A stretch of 64,000 bases of DNA from Lachnospiraceae bacterium (GCA_017470985.1 JAFUXA010000026.1:14922-78921); one strand, 5' to 3'; positions 7,692 to 18,272 are shown, counted from the stretch's first letter. Made by a program: numbers and translations. The notes: generated by a model from the letters alone, not told the origin.

Positions 7692-8873
7692 ATGCTTGAG
7701 GGAAAATGTGTAGTCCTTGGAGTTACAGGTAGCATTGCTGCTTACAAAATTGCATCACTTGCTTCAGCTTTGAAGAAGTTGGGAGCTGATGTGGAAGTTA
7801 TAATGACTGCAAATGCTTGTAATTTTATTAATCCAATTACATTCGAGACTTTGACAGGACACAAGTGCCTGGTAGATACATTTGACAGAAACTTCGAATT
7901 CAATGTGGAGCATGTGTCTATTGCCAAGAAAGCGGATGTATTTATGGTGGCTCCTGCTTCGGCAAATGTTATTGGTAAAATAGCAAATGGAATATGCGAC
8001 GACATGCTTACAACTACATTTATGGCATGCCGCTGTCCGAAGATTATATCACCGGCCATGAATACTGCAATGTATGAAAATGCAATACTGCAGGACAATC
8101 TCGCTAAGCTGGAAAGTTATGGCATGAATGTCATTAAACCAGCCAGCGGATATCTGGCCTGCGGTGATGTGGGCGCCGGCAAGATGCCTGAGCCTGAGGT
8201 GTTGCTGGAATACATTTTACAGGAAGTGCAGTATGACCATGACATGGTTGGAAAGAGAGTGTTGATCACTGCCGGACCTACAAGAGAAGCTATTGATCCT
8301 GTGCGATTTATCTCTAATCATTCAACAGGCAAGATGGGATATGCAATTGCCAGAGTGGCCAGCAGAAGAGGGGCTGAGGTTACATTGATTTCCGGACCAA
8401 CCAATCTGAACAAGCCTCTAGGAGTGCGTGTTATTGATGTGACAAGTGCCGGAGAAATGTACGATGCTGTGGTTGCCAATTATAAGGATGCGGATATTAT
8501 AATCAAGTCTGCAGCTGTGGCTGATTACACTCCTACAACTGTAGCCGATCAGAAGATGAAGAAGTCAGATGATGATATGTCCATTGAACTTACCAGAACA
8601 GAGGATATTCTGGCCTGGTTGGGTCAGCATAAGCTTGCTAACCAGAAGTTGTGTGGATTTGCCATGGAGACTGAGAATCTGTTGGAAAATGCTACTGCCA
8701 AGCTTGCCAAGAAAAATGCCGATATGATTGTAGCAAACTCCATTGCAACAGAAGGCGCCGGATTCGGAGTGGATACCAATGTGGCGACTTTGATTACTTC
8801 TGACGGTGCTGAGTCTTTGGATATGATGTCCAAGGAAGAACTTGCGAAGATTATATTGGATAGATTGAACTAA
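7692..8873 (+). CDS. coaBC: Bifunctional phosphopantothenoylcysteine decarboxylase / phosphopantothenate--cysteine ligase
   Basis: N-terminal flavoprotein domain (VLGVTGSIAAYK, PASANVIGKIANGICDDMLT) plus C-terminal CoaB domain (ITAGPTREAIDPVRFISNHSTGKMG). Confidence 0.92.
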   Translation: MLEGKCVVLGVTGSIAAYKIASLASALKKLGADVEVIMTANACNFINPITFETLTGHKCLVDTFDRNFEFNVEHVSIAKKADVFMVAPASANVIGKIANGICDDMLTTTFMACRCPKIISPAMNTAMYENAILQDNLAKLESYGMNVIKPASGYLACGDVGAGKMPEPEVLLEYILQEVQYDHDMVGKRVLITAGPTREAIDPVRFISNHSTGKMGYAIARVASRRGAEVTLISGPTNLNKPLGVRVIDVTSAGEMYDAVVANYKDADIIIKSAAVADYTPTTVADQKMKKSDDDMSIELTRTEDILAWLGQHKLANQKLCGFAMETENLLENATAKLAKKNADMIVANSIATEGAGFGVDTNVATLITSDGAESLDMMSKEELAKIILDRLN

Positions 8874-9632
8874 TCATTTCTTCAACCCAAGCCAAAGCGC
8901 CAATACGGCGTAGAGCTCACGGACGAAATATGTTGGAAAGAGCCACCAGGCGGTTGGTGCGCTAATGGCGCCATAAGAGAATCTGTCGGATTCAATAAGT
9001 GTTCTGACAGTTTCATTTGACTTACATTTGTTTACCAGCTTTAGGGCACGGTAGAGATGGAAGTCATTTGATGTAATTGCTATATTTGGATTTAATTTCT
9101 GCTCCATTATTATTTCAAATGCGAAGATTAGATTCTCATAGGTTGTGGTGGATTTGGATTCCATATGTATGCGCATTGGATTAATACCATGGTCTACAAG
9201 CCAATTGTACATGCACTCTGCTTCGGAGATCCCCTCGTCATCCCCTTTGCCTCCTGCTACTATAACATGGGAAGAGGGATTGATTTTCAGATAATCCAAT
9301 GCGGCATAGAGTCTCTCCTCCAGCATAAGTGAAGCTTTGTTGCCATAGACCTTACAGCCCAACACTATTACAGTGGCAGGATCTGTTGGTCTTTTTTTGG
9401 TTGCTGTAAATATGCATAGGGTAATGACAAATGCCGTGACAACTATTATCCCGATAATTGCAGATATAATCACAATTAAATTGTTGGCTACGGGATTCTT
9501 GAGGGCATTCATGAGAAATGCCTGTATATATTTATGGCCTAATCCCAGAATCATAATTATTACACCTATAATTATTCCGGTGCCATTTCCAATATTTAAT
9601 ATGCGCTTTGAAAAAACGGTGGCAGAAACCAC
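8874..9632 (-). CDS. DUF218 (YdcF/SanA-like) membrane-anchored protein
   Basis: N-terminal TM helices, then VIVLGCKVYGN...VIVAGGKGDDEGISEAECMYNWL...STTTYENL, typical of DUF218. The annotated start is a GTG. See the finding on a possible frameshift at an A6/T6 run. Confidence 0.7.
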   Translation of the reverse strand: MVSATVFSKRILNIGNGTGIIIGVIIMILGLGHKYIQAFLMNALKNPVANNLIVIISAIIGIIVVTAFVITLCIFTATKKRPTDPATVIVLGCKVYGNKASLMLEERLYAALDYLKINPSSHVIVAGGKGDDEGISEAECMYNWLVDHGINPMRIHMESKSTTTYENLIFAFEIIMEQKLNPNIAITSNDFHLYRALKLVNKCKSNETVRTLIESDRFSYGAISAPTAWWLFPTYFVRELYAVLALWLGLKK

Positions 9633-9868
9633 AAGGTGAAAATCAGTCCGATAAGTGCTACCAATATGTTCATTTACTTTCCCTTACTTATAAATCTAAT
9701 TAAATTCTAATGCTATTATAATATAATTCTAATAAGTTTATAATATAATTCCAAAATCTTTACAACCCCTTGATTTTATTGAGTTTTTCAACATTTTCTG
9801 CTTTAAAATATACCCGTTTTGTTATATGATTATGTAGTACGATTTCATATAGAAAAGAGGCATAAGAT

Positions 9869-11776
9869 ATGGCAAATATTATTGATGAAAGACAGAGTGC
9901 ATTGAGAAATCTTATGGAGGAAAATGGAATTGATATTTATGTGGTTCCGACTTCTGATGATCATGCATCTGAATATGTAGGAGATCATTTTAAAACAAGA
10001 AAATATATAACAGGTTTTACAGGTTCTGCTGGAACAGCTGTAATTACCAAGACTGAGTCAGGACTTTGGACTGACGGTAGATATTTCGTTCAGGCTGGTA
10101 AGCAGCTTGCAGATAATCAGACCATTTTACAGAAGATGGGCGAGGAAGGTGTACCAACTGTAGATGAGTATCTCACAGAGCAGGTGAAGGCTCTGGCATC
10201 TGTTGGCAAGAAACCGGTTATTGGATTTGACGGCAGTTGTATGACAGCTACAGATGGTTATAAATATCAGGAGATGGTTGCCAAGCTTGGTGGACATCTT
10301 GTGACAGATTTGGATTTGATTGGACAGTTGTGGGAGGACAGACCTGCACTTCCTAACTCTAAGCCATGGATTCTCACACCAGAATTTTCAGGTAAGGATA
10401 CTCTTGATAAATTAGCTGATGTTCGCGAGAAGATGACAGAGAAGAAGGCTAAGTATCATCTGGTTGCAGATTTGTGCAATGTGGCATGGTTCTTGAATCT
10501 CCGAGGAGATGATATAACAAATGTTCCTGTATTTATGTCATATCTTCTCATTTCACAGAAGGATGTGACATTATTTATCGGAGAAGAGGGCAAGGCTTCT
10601 GATATTTTGACATCTGAGGTGATGGATTATTTATCAGAGAGAAATATTAGTATTAAACCATACGATTCAATTTATGACACATTATCAGAAATCGATGGAG
10701 ACATTCTTCTTGATGAGGATTTCGCAAATTATAAGATTTGTAACAGCGTATCCAAGACAGTAAAGATTATCAACGAGGCTGAGCCGGAAGAACTTATGAG
10801 AGCTACCAAGAATGATACTGAGATTGCTAACACAATTCAGGCTCATATCAATGATGGTGTGGCAATGACCAAGTTCATTTTCTATATCAAGAAGAAAATG
10901 GGCCAGATATCTGAGGATGTAATGGAAGCAGTTGCTAAGGAGGAAGCGGCTACAGGAAAGCACATCGGATTCCCTGATGACGAGCCACTTACTGAGATTT
11001 CTGCAGCTGAGTGCATTGATGGACTTAGAAGTGAAATTTCTGATTATCTGGATTTGAGTTTCGGCACAATCAGTGCCTATGGCCCAAATGCTGCAATGGC
11101 ACATTACAGCGCTACACCAGAGAATTACAGTGTTGTAGATTCTAGAGGATTCCTTCTTGTGGATTCAGGCGGACATTACAAGACTGGTACAACAGATATT
11201 ACCAGAACCATCGCAGTTGGTCCTGTATCTGATGAGGAGCGAGAGATGTATACACGTACACTTCAGTCTCATTTGAGATTGGAATATGCGAAGTTCTTAG
11301 AAGGTACTTGTGGTGTACAGCTTGATATGCTTGCAAGAGAACCATTCTGGGAAGTTGGTAAGGATTTCAAACATGGTACAGGCCACGGCGTAGGACATAT
11401 CTTAAATGTTCACGAGGGACCAAATGGATTCAGATGGAGAATCAATGGTATGAATTCTATTCAGGAATTAATACCTGGTATGATTACAAGTGATGAGCCT
11501 GGATATTATGAGGCAGACAGATATGGTATCAGAATTGAAAATGAGATTCTGTGCCAGCAGGCTGAGAAGAACGAGTACGGACAGTTTATGAACTTCAAGC
11601 CTCTGACCATGGTTCCGATTGATTTGGATCCGGTTGATTTTGATATGCTTAGCAATCAGGAAATTGCTTGGATAAATGATTATCACAGACAGGTTCGCGA
11701 AGCTATTGCACCACATTTAACAGGCGCAGCATTAGAATGGCTTGAAGAAGTTACAATGGAAGTGACAATAGATTAA
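9869..11776 (+). CDS. M24B-family Xaa-Pro aminopeptidase (aminopeptidase P-like, with creatinase-like N-domains)
   Basis: C-terminal metal-ligand pattern DSGGHY...TDITRT...HGTGHGVGH...SDEPGYY...IRIEN. Confidence 0.85.
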   Translation: MANIIDERQSALRNLMEENGIDIYVVPTSDDHASEYVGDHFKTRKYITGFTGSAGTAVITKTESGLWTDGRYFVQAGKQLADNQTILQKMGEEGVPTVDEYLTEQVKALASVGKKPVIGFDGSCMTATDGYKYQEMVAKLGGHLVTDLDLIGQLWEDRPALPNSKPWILTPEFSGKDTLDKLADVREKMTEKKAKYHLVADLCNVAWFLNLRGDDITNVPVFMSYLLISQKDVTLFIGEEGKASDILTSEVMDYLSERNISIKPYDSIYDTLSEIDGDILLDEDFANYKICNSVSKTVKIINEAEPEELMRATKNDTEIANTIQAHINDGVAMTKFIFYIKKKMGQISEDVMEAVAKEEAATGKHIGFPDDEPLTEISAAECIDGLRSEISDYLDLSFGTISAYGPNAAMAHYSATPENYSVVDSRGFLLVDSGGHYKTGTTDITRTIAVGPVSDEEREMYTRTLQSHLRLEYAKFLEGTCGVQLDMLAREPFWEVGKDFKHGTGHGVGHILNVHEGPNGFRWRINGMNSIQELIPGMITSDEPGYYEADRYGIRIENEILCQQAEKNEYGQFMNFKPLTMVPIDLDPVDFDMLSNQEIAWINDYHRQVREAIAPHLTGAALEWLEEVTMEVTID

Positions 11777-11854
11777 TTTTAAGTATAAGTGTTTAAAATC
11801 TATATATGACATTGACCGGAGCATTGTGAGTTTCGGCAGTCAACGAGGAGTTTT

Positions 11855-14617
11855 ATGAGCAAGAAATTATTATTGATTGATGGACATAGCATTTTGAATA
11901 GAGCATTCTATGGTGTGCCACCCCTTACTAATTCCAAGGGTCAGCATACCAATGGTGTATATGGATTCCTGAATATGATGTTCCGTTTCATTGATGTGGA
12001 GAAGCCGGATCATCTGACAGTGGCATTTGACGAGAAGGCGCCAACCTTCCGCCACGAGATGTATGCTGCTTACAAGGGCACCAGAAAAGGCATGCCGGAT
12101 GAACTTCATGAGCAGGTACCATATACCAAGGAAGTTTTGCGTGCTATGAATATCCCGGTAATTTCTAAACCTGGACTGGAGGCTGATGATTTGCTGGGCA
12201 CCATGTCCCGTCGAGCAGAAGCCGCAGGATATGATGTGACAATAATATCCGGAGACAGGGATTTGCTCCAGTTGGCTACTGATAGAATCAAGATTGCAAT
12301 TCCAAAGACCAAAGGTGGCGGAACTGAAGTTGAGGAGTATTATCCTGCAGATGTGATGGAGCATTATCTGGTTACTCCGACAGAATTTATAGATGTGAAA
12401 GCTCTTCAGGGAGATACATCCGATAATATCCCGGGGATTCCTTCTATAGGAGAAAAGACAGCCAAAGCAATTATTGCCAAGTATCATTCTCTGGAAAATG
12501 CTTATCAAAATGCCATTGATAATGAGGAAGAATTTTCCAAGGAATTTGGTAAGGCCAAATGCAATAAGCTCAAGGAATTCTATGATCAGGGTGTAATGTC
12601 CAAGGTTTTGGCAACCATTGAGGTGAATGCAGATTTTGATTGGGATATAGATGATGCGGTTATTGGAGAGTTATTTACTCCGGAGGCCTATGAATTATGC
12701 AAGCAGTTTGAGTTGAAGAAACTGCTTTCAAGATTTGATGTTACAGAAGCTGCAGCCAATGTAGTAGATACTGAAATTGAGAAGACATTTACCCATATAG
12801 ATTCCAAGGCAAAATTACAGGAGTATATCAATTCTATCCAATCTGAGTATGTGGGATTATATTTGGCCATGGAGGGACAGGAAGTCTATGGCGCTTCTCT
12901 GAGCGATGGAAATGGCGCTGTATGGGTCCGTTGTGGTGAAGCCCAGGAAGAGTGTCAGCAGTTGTCGCTGTTTGGCAATGACATGGGAAATGGTGATGGA
13001 TGTGAATCCGGTTCAAATAGTGATATTACATCGCAGGAACTTATAGCTATGCTTCAGACTCTTATTGAGTCAGGAATCAAGATTGCCACAGCGGCTGGTA
13101 AGGATCTGGTGAAACTGCTGTATCCGGATATGAGAGATAGAAAACTGAATTATGATAATCTCTATGATGTGGCTGTGTCTGATTATCTGATTCATCCTCT
13201 GAAGAAGGAATATACTGCAGAAGATTTGGGAATGGACTATCTGAATATGGTGGTTCCATCTTTTACAGAAATATTTGCCAAGAAGAAATATCATGAAGCC
13301 GTGGATATGACAGAGGAAATGACCAGATTTGCTGGATATCAGGCATATGTATATGTTTCTGTTGTAGAGAAATTAAAGCAAGAATTAAATAATCAACATA
13401 TGCATGATTTGTATACAGACATTGAGTTGCCTCTTGTATTTACATTGGCAGATATGGAAATTGCCGGAATGGCAATTGATGCTGCAGCTCTCAAGGCTTA
13501 TGGAGATAAGCTGGCAGTTCGAATTGCAGAGTTGGAGCAGGAGATATATAAGGAGGCAGGAGAGGAATTCAATATCAATTCTCCTAAACAGCTGGGAGTT
13601 ATCCTCTTTGAGAAGATGGGTATAGAGGGTGGCAAGAAGACCAAGACCGGTTACTCTACTTCAGTGGATGTGCTTGAGAAACTTGCAGCAACCAATCCTA
13701 TTGTGGGAGACATATTAGAATACCGTCAGCTGGCTAAGTTGAAATCTACCTATGCAGATGGTTTGGCTAAATGTATTGCATCTGATGGCAGAATACATTC
13801 TTCTTTCCAGCAGACAGTTACAGCTACAGGTCGAATCAGTAGTACGGAGCCTAATTTACAGAATATTCCTGTGAGAATGGAACTTGGCAAATTGATTCGC
13901 AAAGTATTTCATCCAAAGTCAGGATATGTATTCGTGGATGCGGATTATTCACAGATTGAACTTAGAGTGTTGGCTCACATGTCTGGAGACAAGAATCTTA
14001 TATCTGCATTTAACAATGGCCAGGATATTCATAGATCTACTGCATCATTGGTATTCAATGTGCCATTTGATGAAGTTACTGATTTACAGAGACGCAGTGC
14101 CAAGGCGGTGAACTTTGGTATTGTATATGGAATCAGTGCCTTTGGTCTGGCCCAGGATATCGGCGTTGACAGAAAGGAAGCGCAGGCTTATATAGATGGC
14201 TATTTCGTAGCTTATCCGAAGATGAAGGAGTATATTGATTCCCTGGTAGCATCAGCCCATGAGACTGGAATGGTACAGACTATGTACGGTAGAATTCGAC
14301 CTATTCCTGAACTTGCTTCAAGCAATTTCATGCAGAAACAGTTCGGTGAGAGAGTTGCCAAGAATTCACCTATTCAGGGAACTGCTGCGGATATTATCAA
14401 GATTGCCATGGTTAGAGTTCATGACAGATTGGCTCGCGAAGGCATGGAATCTCGTCTGTTGCTACAGGTTCACGATGAACTTCTTATAGAAGCTAAGGAA
14501 TCTGAGTTAGAAAAGGTGAAGAAAATATTGCAGGAAGAGATGGTTGGAGCAGCCAAGTTATCAGTGGCCTTGGAAGTTGATATGCACACTGGTAAGGACT
14601 GGTATGAGGCTAAATAG
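11855..14617 (+). CDS. polA: DNA polymerase I
   Basis: 5'-nuclease domain (LLLIDGHSILNRAFY), then a degenerate 3'-5' exonuclease-like region. Pol domain motifs DYSQIELRVLAH, RRSAKAVNFGIVYG and QVHDELL. Confidence 0.95.
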   Translation: MSKKLLLIDGHSILNRAFYGVPPLTNSKGQHTNGVYGFLNMMFRFIDVEKPDHLTVAFDEKAPTFRHEMYAAYKGTRKGMPDELHEQVPYTKEVLRAMNIPVISKPGLEADDLLGTMSRRAEAAGYDVTIISGDRDLLQLATDRIKIAIPKTKGGGTEVEEYYPADVMEHYLVTPTEFIDVKALQGDTSDNIPGIPSIGEKTAKAIIAKYHSLENAYQNAIDNEEEFSKEFGKAKCNKLKEFYDQGVMSKVLATIEVNADFDWDIDDAVIGELFTPEAYELCKQFELKKLLSRFDVTEAAANVVDTEIEKTFTHIDSKAKLQEYINSIQSEYVGLYLAMEGQEVYGASLSDGNGAVWVRCGEAQEECQQLSLFGNDMGNGDGCESGSNSDITSQELIAMLQTLIESGIKIATAAGKDLVKLLYPDMRDRKLNYDNLYDVAVSDYLIHPLKKEYTAEDLGMDYLNMVVPSFTEIFAKKKYHEAVDMTEEMTRFAGYQAYVYVSVVEKLKQELNNQHMHDLYTDIELPLVFTLADMEIAGMAIDAAALKAYGDKLAVRIAELEQEIYKEAGEEFNINSPKQLGVILFEKMGIEGGKKTKTGYSTSVDVLEKLAATNPIVGDILEYRQLAKLKSTYADGLAKCIASDGRIHSSFQQTVTATGRISSTEPNLQNIPVRMELGKLIRKVFHPKSGYVFVDADYSQIELRVLAHMSGDKNLISAFNNGQDIHRSTASLVFNVPFDEVTDLQRRSAKAVNFGIVYGISAFGLAQDIGVDRKEAQAYIDGYFVAYPKMKEYIDSLVASAHETGMVQTMYGRIRPIPELASSNFMQKQFGERVAKNSPIQGTAADIIKIAMVRVHDRLAREGMESRLLLQVHDELLIEAKESELEKVKKILQEEMVGAAKLSVALEVDMHTGKDWYEAK

Positions 14618-14693
14618 AAATTGCTATAGTGCCATTTTCATGGCAAGTAATTTCTTTTAATTGAGCCGTATAAATGATAAAATATACATAATT

Positions 14694-15320
14694 ATGGAAT
14701 TTATAGGTATAACAGGTGGAGTTGGCGCCGGAAAAAGCGCTATACTTGCATATTTATCACAAAATTATAAATGCAAAATAGTTATGGCAGATGACTTGGC
14801 CAAAGAGTTGATGGAACCAGGGCATGATTGCTATGACAGTTTGCTGGATGCTTTGGTTAGAGAAGGATTTATCTCTTCTTCTATGGAAATATTGGATGAG
14901 TCGGATCATCTGGACCGATGCAAAATGTCAGAGATCGTATTTACATCCGATGAAGGTCGAGCACTGGTGAATTCTATTGTACATCCGGCAGTAAAAGATT
15001 GGATTATCGCCGATGTGGCCAGAGAGCGAGAGGCGGGAGCATTGGATTATTATTTCTTTGAGGCGGCACTTCTGATTGAGTGTGAGTATGACAGGATTTG
15101 CGATGAAATCTGGTATATATTTACCACACAGGACAATAGACGGATGAGATTGATAGAGTCCAGAGGCTACAGTGATGCGCGGATAGATGAGATATTTGCC
15201 AGTCAGTTGGATGAGGAAGTATTTCGATTGAAGAGCGACTTCGTAATAGATAACAACAGAAGTCTGGATTACACTTTTAAGCAGATTGATATGCGATTGA
15301 CTAATCGCGGAGATTTATAG
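14694..15320 (+). CDS. coaE: Dephospho-CoA kinase
   Basis: MEFIGITGGVGAGKS P-loop at the N-terminus. Conserved polA-coaE synteny. ATG 14694 is preferred over the upstream TTG. Confidence 0.85.
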   Translation: MEFIGITGGVGAGKSAILAYLSQNYKCKIVMADDLAKELMEPGHDCYDSLLDALVREGFISSSMEILDESDHLDRCKMSEIVFTSDEGRALVNSIVHPAVKDWIIADVAREREAGALDYYFFEAALLIECEYDRICDEIWYIFTTQDNRRMRLIESRGYSDARIDEIFASQLDEEVFRLKSDFVIDNNRSLDYTFKQIDMRLTNRGDL

Positions 15321-15338
15321 ATACAAGGGAGAGTACAC

Positions 15339-17471
15339 ATGATTGAATTAACTCAGGCAGAAAATATGGTATTTGGTCTGGATATTGGAACCAGAAATGT
15401 AGTGGGAACAGTTGGTGTTCGCACAGATGATGGTTTCAGAGTTATTGCAACTCACAATGAGGAGCATCAGACAAGAGCTATGTTGGATGGTCAGATTCAT
15501 GATATAGGTCGTGTTGCAGAGACAATTCGACAAGTGAAGGAGACATTGGAAGCGCAGATAAATGCACCTCTTAGTGAGGTATGTATAGCTGCCGCTGGTC
15601 GTGTGCTCAAGACGGTTACTACTCGTGTGAAATATGAGTATCCGGAGGAGACTGTGGTTACAGCAGAGGATTTGCATACACTTGACCTTATGGGAATTGA
15701 TCAGGCCCAGCACGAACTTCTTGGAGAGGACGAGGAAGCTGCCAAGAAATATAAGTTCTACTGTGTAGGATATTCAGTGATGAAATATTACCTCAATGGG
15801 GATTTGTTCCAGAGTCTGGAAGGTCACAAGGCTGACTTCATAGAGGAAGTTATTATCGTAACATTTCTCCCAGAGGATGTAGTAGATGGTTTGTATTCGG
15901 CTGTTGAGAGAGCAGGCCTTAAGGTTGCCAATCTTACATTGGAGCCTATTGCCGCAATCAATATCGCTATTCCAGAGAATTTCCGTATGTTAAATATTGC
16001 TCTTGTTGATGTGGGAGCAGGTACATCGGATATTTGTATTACTAGAGATGGAAGTATTATAGCATATGGCATGATTCCATGTGCCGGAGATGAGCTGACA
16101 GAAGTTATTGTGCAGGAATACTTGGTAGATTTTGCAACAGCAGAACAGATTAAGTTGGATTCATCATCTCTTGATAAGATTCAGTATACAGACATTATGG
16201 GTATCGCTCATGAAATCAAAGCTTCTGATGTATGGAAGTTGACAGAGCCAATTCGTGAGAAGATGACTACAGATGTAGCTGAGAAAATCAAGGAATTAAA
16301 TGGCGATAAATCTGTAAGCGCCTGCTTCGTAGTAGGTGGCGGCGGTAAGATTCATGGTTATACAGAATCTATGGCAGAGAAACTTGGAATTGCTTCAGAG
16401 CGTGTAGCACTTCGTGGTGAGGAAGTAATGCAAAATATTACTTTCGATCAGCCTGAGGTGAAGAAGGATCCACTCCTTGTAACACCTATTGGAATCTGTC
16501 TCAATTATTATGAGCAGAAGAATAATTTCGTTATGGTGCATTTCAATGATGAGATGATTAAGCTTTATGACAATGGTCATTTGACAGTTGTAGATGCTGC
16601 AATGCAGGTGGGATTTACTACAGAGGAATTGTTCCCTCGCCGAGGCAAGGAGATACATTTCACAGTAAATGGTACCAAGAGAATGGCTCGTGGAAATGAG
16701 GGCGAGTCAGCAGTTGTGAAGATGAACGGAAATCAGGTCGGAATGAATACTCCTCTTGAGCCAAATTGTTTTATAGAAATCGAGCCATCAACTGTGGGAA
16801 CAGAAGCAGTTCATACAATTGAACAGCTTGATGAATATGCTTCAAGCACTGTGACTTTTGTGGTAAATAATAAGCGAGTTATCTGCCCTAAGTTCGTAGA
16901 GGTAAATGGTAGTTTAGAGCCTGGTTCTTACCAGATTCAGGAAGGTGATGACATAGAGACCAGAAGCTATTATACAGTAGGTCAGTTGGCAGAATTTATG
17001 GATGTAGAGCTTGATAGCGATAGAGCTATTATGGTAAATAATCGTCCTGCAACTCTTGATTCACTTATCTATGAGAATTTCGAGATTGAGTGGACAACTC
17101 TTGGATTCGGAGCTGCTGATGTTGAAAAGGCCGGTGAGGTTTCGGATGCTGAAGGTAATTCAGAAGATGCAGATGAATCTGGCAATGCCGCAGAAGGCAA
17201 TGGGGAAAATGCAGATGGTATAGATGAAAATGGTGTCAAGACACCAGATCAGATATTGTCTGGAAGAGTTATACATGTGAAAGCAAACGGCGAAGATATA
17301 ACATTATCTGGTAAGAATGATTATATGTTCGTAGACATATTTACAGTAATTGACTTCGATATCCATGCAGGCGGCGGTAGAAATGTAGTCACCAAAATCA
17401 ATGGTGAGCCTTGTGGATATACTGCTCCATTAAATGATGGAGACAGCGCAGATGTCTACTGGGAAGAGTAG
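15339..17471 (+). CDS. FtsA/PilM/EutJ-like actin-fold ATPase with a long C-terminal extension (710 aa)
   Basis: Phosphate-1 motif GLDIGTRNVVG and phosphate-2 motif LVDVGAGTSDICI. The C-terminal ~330 aa have no motif I recognise and include an acidic low-complexity stretch (SDAEGNSEDADESGNAAEGNGENADG). Confidence 0.6.
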   Translation: MIELTQAENMVFGLDIGTRNVVGTVGVRTDDGFRVIATHNEEHQTRAMLDGQIHDIGRVAETIRQVKETLEAQINAPLSEVCIAAAGRVLKTVTTRVKYEYPEETVVTAEDLHTLDLMGIDQAQHELLGEDEEAAKKYKFYCVGYSVMKYYLNGDLFQSLEGHKADFIEEVIIVTFLPEDVVDGLYSAVERAGLKVANLTLEPIAAINIAIPENFRMLNIALVDVGAGTSDICITRDGSIIAYGMIPCAGDELTEVIVQEYLVDFATAEQIKLDSSSLDKIQYTDIMGIAHEIKASDVWKLTEPIREKMTTDVAEKIKELNGDKSVSACFVVGGGGKIHGYTESMAEKLGIASERVALRGEEVMQNITFDQPEVKKDPLLVTPIGICLNYYEQKNNFVMVHFNDEMIKLYDNGHLTVVDAAMQVGFTTEELFPRRGKEIHFTVNGTKRMARGNEGESAVVKMNGNQVGMNTPLEPNCFIEIEPSTVGTEAVHTIEQLDEYASSTVTFVVNNKRVICPKFVEVNGSLEPGSYQIQEGDDIETRSYYTVGQLAEFMDVELDSDRAIMVNNRPATLDSLIYENFEIEWTTLGFGAADVEKAGEVSDAEGNSEDADESGNAAEGNGENADGIDENGVKTPDQILSGRVIHVKANGEDITLSGKNDYMFVDIFTVIDFDIHAGGGRNVVTKINGEPCGYTAPLNDGDSADVYWEE

Positions 17472-17474
17472 GAA

Positions 17475-18272
17475 ATGGAATTTTATAGTATAGCAAGCGG
17501 AAGCAGTGGCAATTGTATATGCGTGGGTGATGATGATACTCATGTAATGATAGATGCAGGTATTAGCGGTAAGCGAATAGAAGAAGGAATGAATGCTTAC
17601 GGCTATACTACATCTGATATGGCAGGACTTCTAATTACACATGAACACAGTGATCATATAAGTGGTGTGGGAGTTATATCCAGAAAATATGGATTGCCAA
17701 TTTATGGGACAGCAGGAACACTGGCTTCCATCAAAAGGAATAATAGTTTGGGAAAGATTGACCCAGGATTGTTTAGAGAAATTAAAACAGGAGTTAATTT
17801 TCAAATAGGCAGTTTGGATATTTATCCAATGCACATATCACATGATGCAGCAGATCCTGTTGCATATATTGTATCTTCTGGAAATAAGCGAATTGGTATT
17901 ATTACTGATTTAGGTTATTTCGACGAGAATATTATATTACATTCTATGGGGCTTGACGCCATGCTTGTGGAAGCCAATCATGATGTTCACATGTTGGAGG
18001 TAGGCCCGTATCCTTATCCATTAAAACAGAGAATACTTGGTGAACATGGACATTTATCCAATGATACATGCGCCAGATTTTTGAACGAGATATTACATGA
18101 TGATACCAAGCATGTATTGCTTGGGCATTTGAGCAGAGAAAACAATTATCCTCAACTGGCCTATGAGACTGTTAGAGTGGGGATAACCATGGGGGATTGC
18201 CCTTATAATGGTTCTGATTTTCCTATAGAGGTTGCTCCTAGAAGTGAAGTGTCCCGATTAATTACAGTATAG
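17475..18272 (+). CDS. MBL-fold metallo-hydrolase (YycJ/WalJ-like)
   Basis: ITHEHSDHISG metallo-beta-lactamase motif, 265 aa. Confidence 0.85.
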   Translation: MEFYSIASGSSGNCICVGDDDTHVMIDAGISGKRIEEGMNAYGYTTSDMAGLLITHEHSDHISGVGVISRKYGLPIYGTAGTLASIKRNNSLGKIDPGLFREIKTGVNFQIGSLDIYPMHISHDAADPVAYIVSSGNKRIGIITDLGYFDENIILHSMGLDAMLVEANHDVHMLEVGPYPYPLKQRILGEHGHLSNDTCARFLNEILHDDTKHVLLGHLSRENNYPQLAYETVRVGITMGDCPYNGSDFPIEVAPRSEVSRLITV

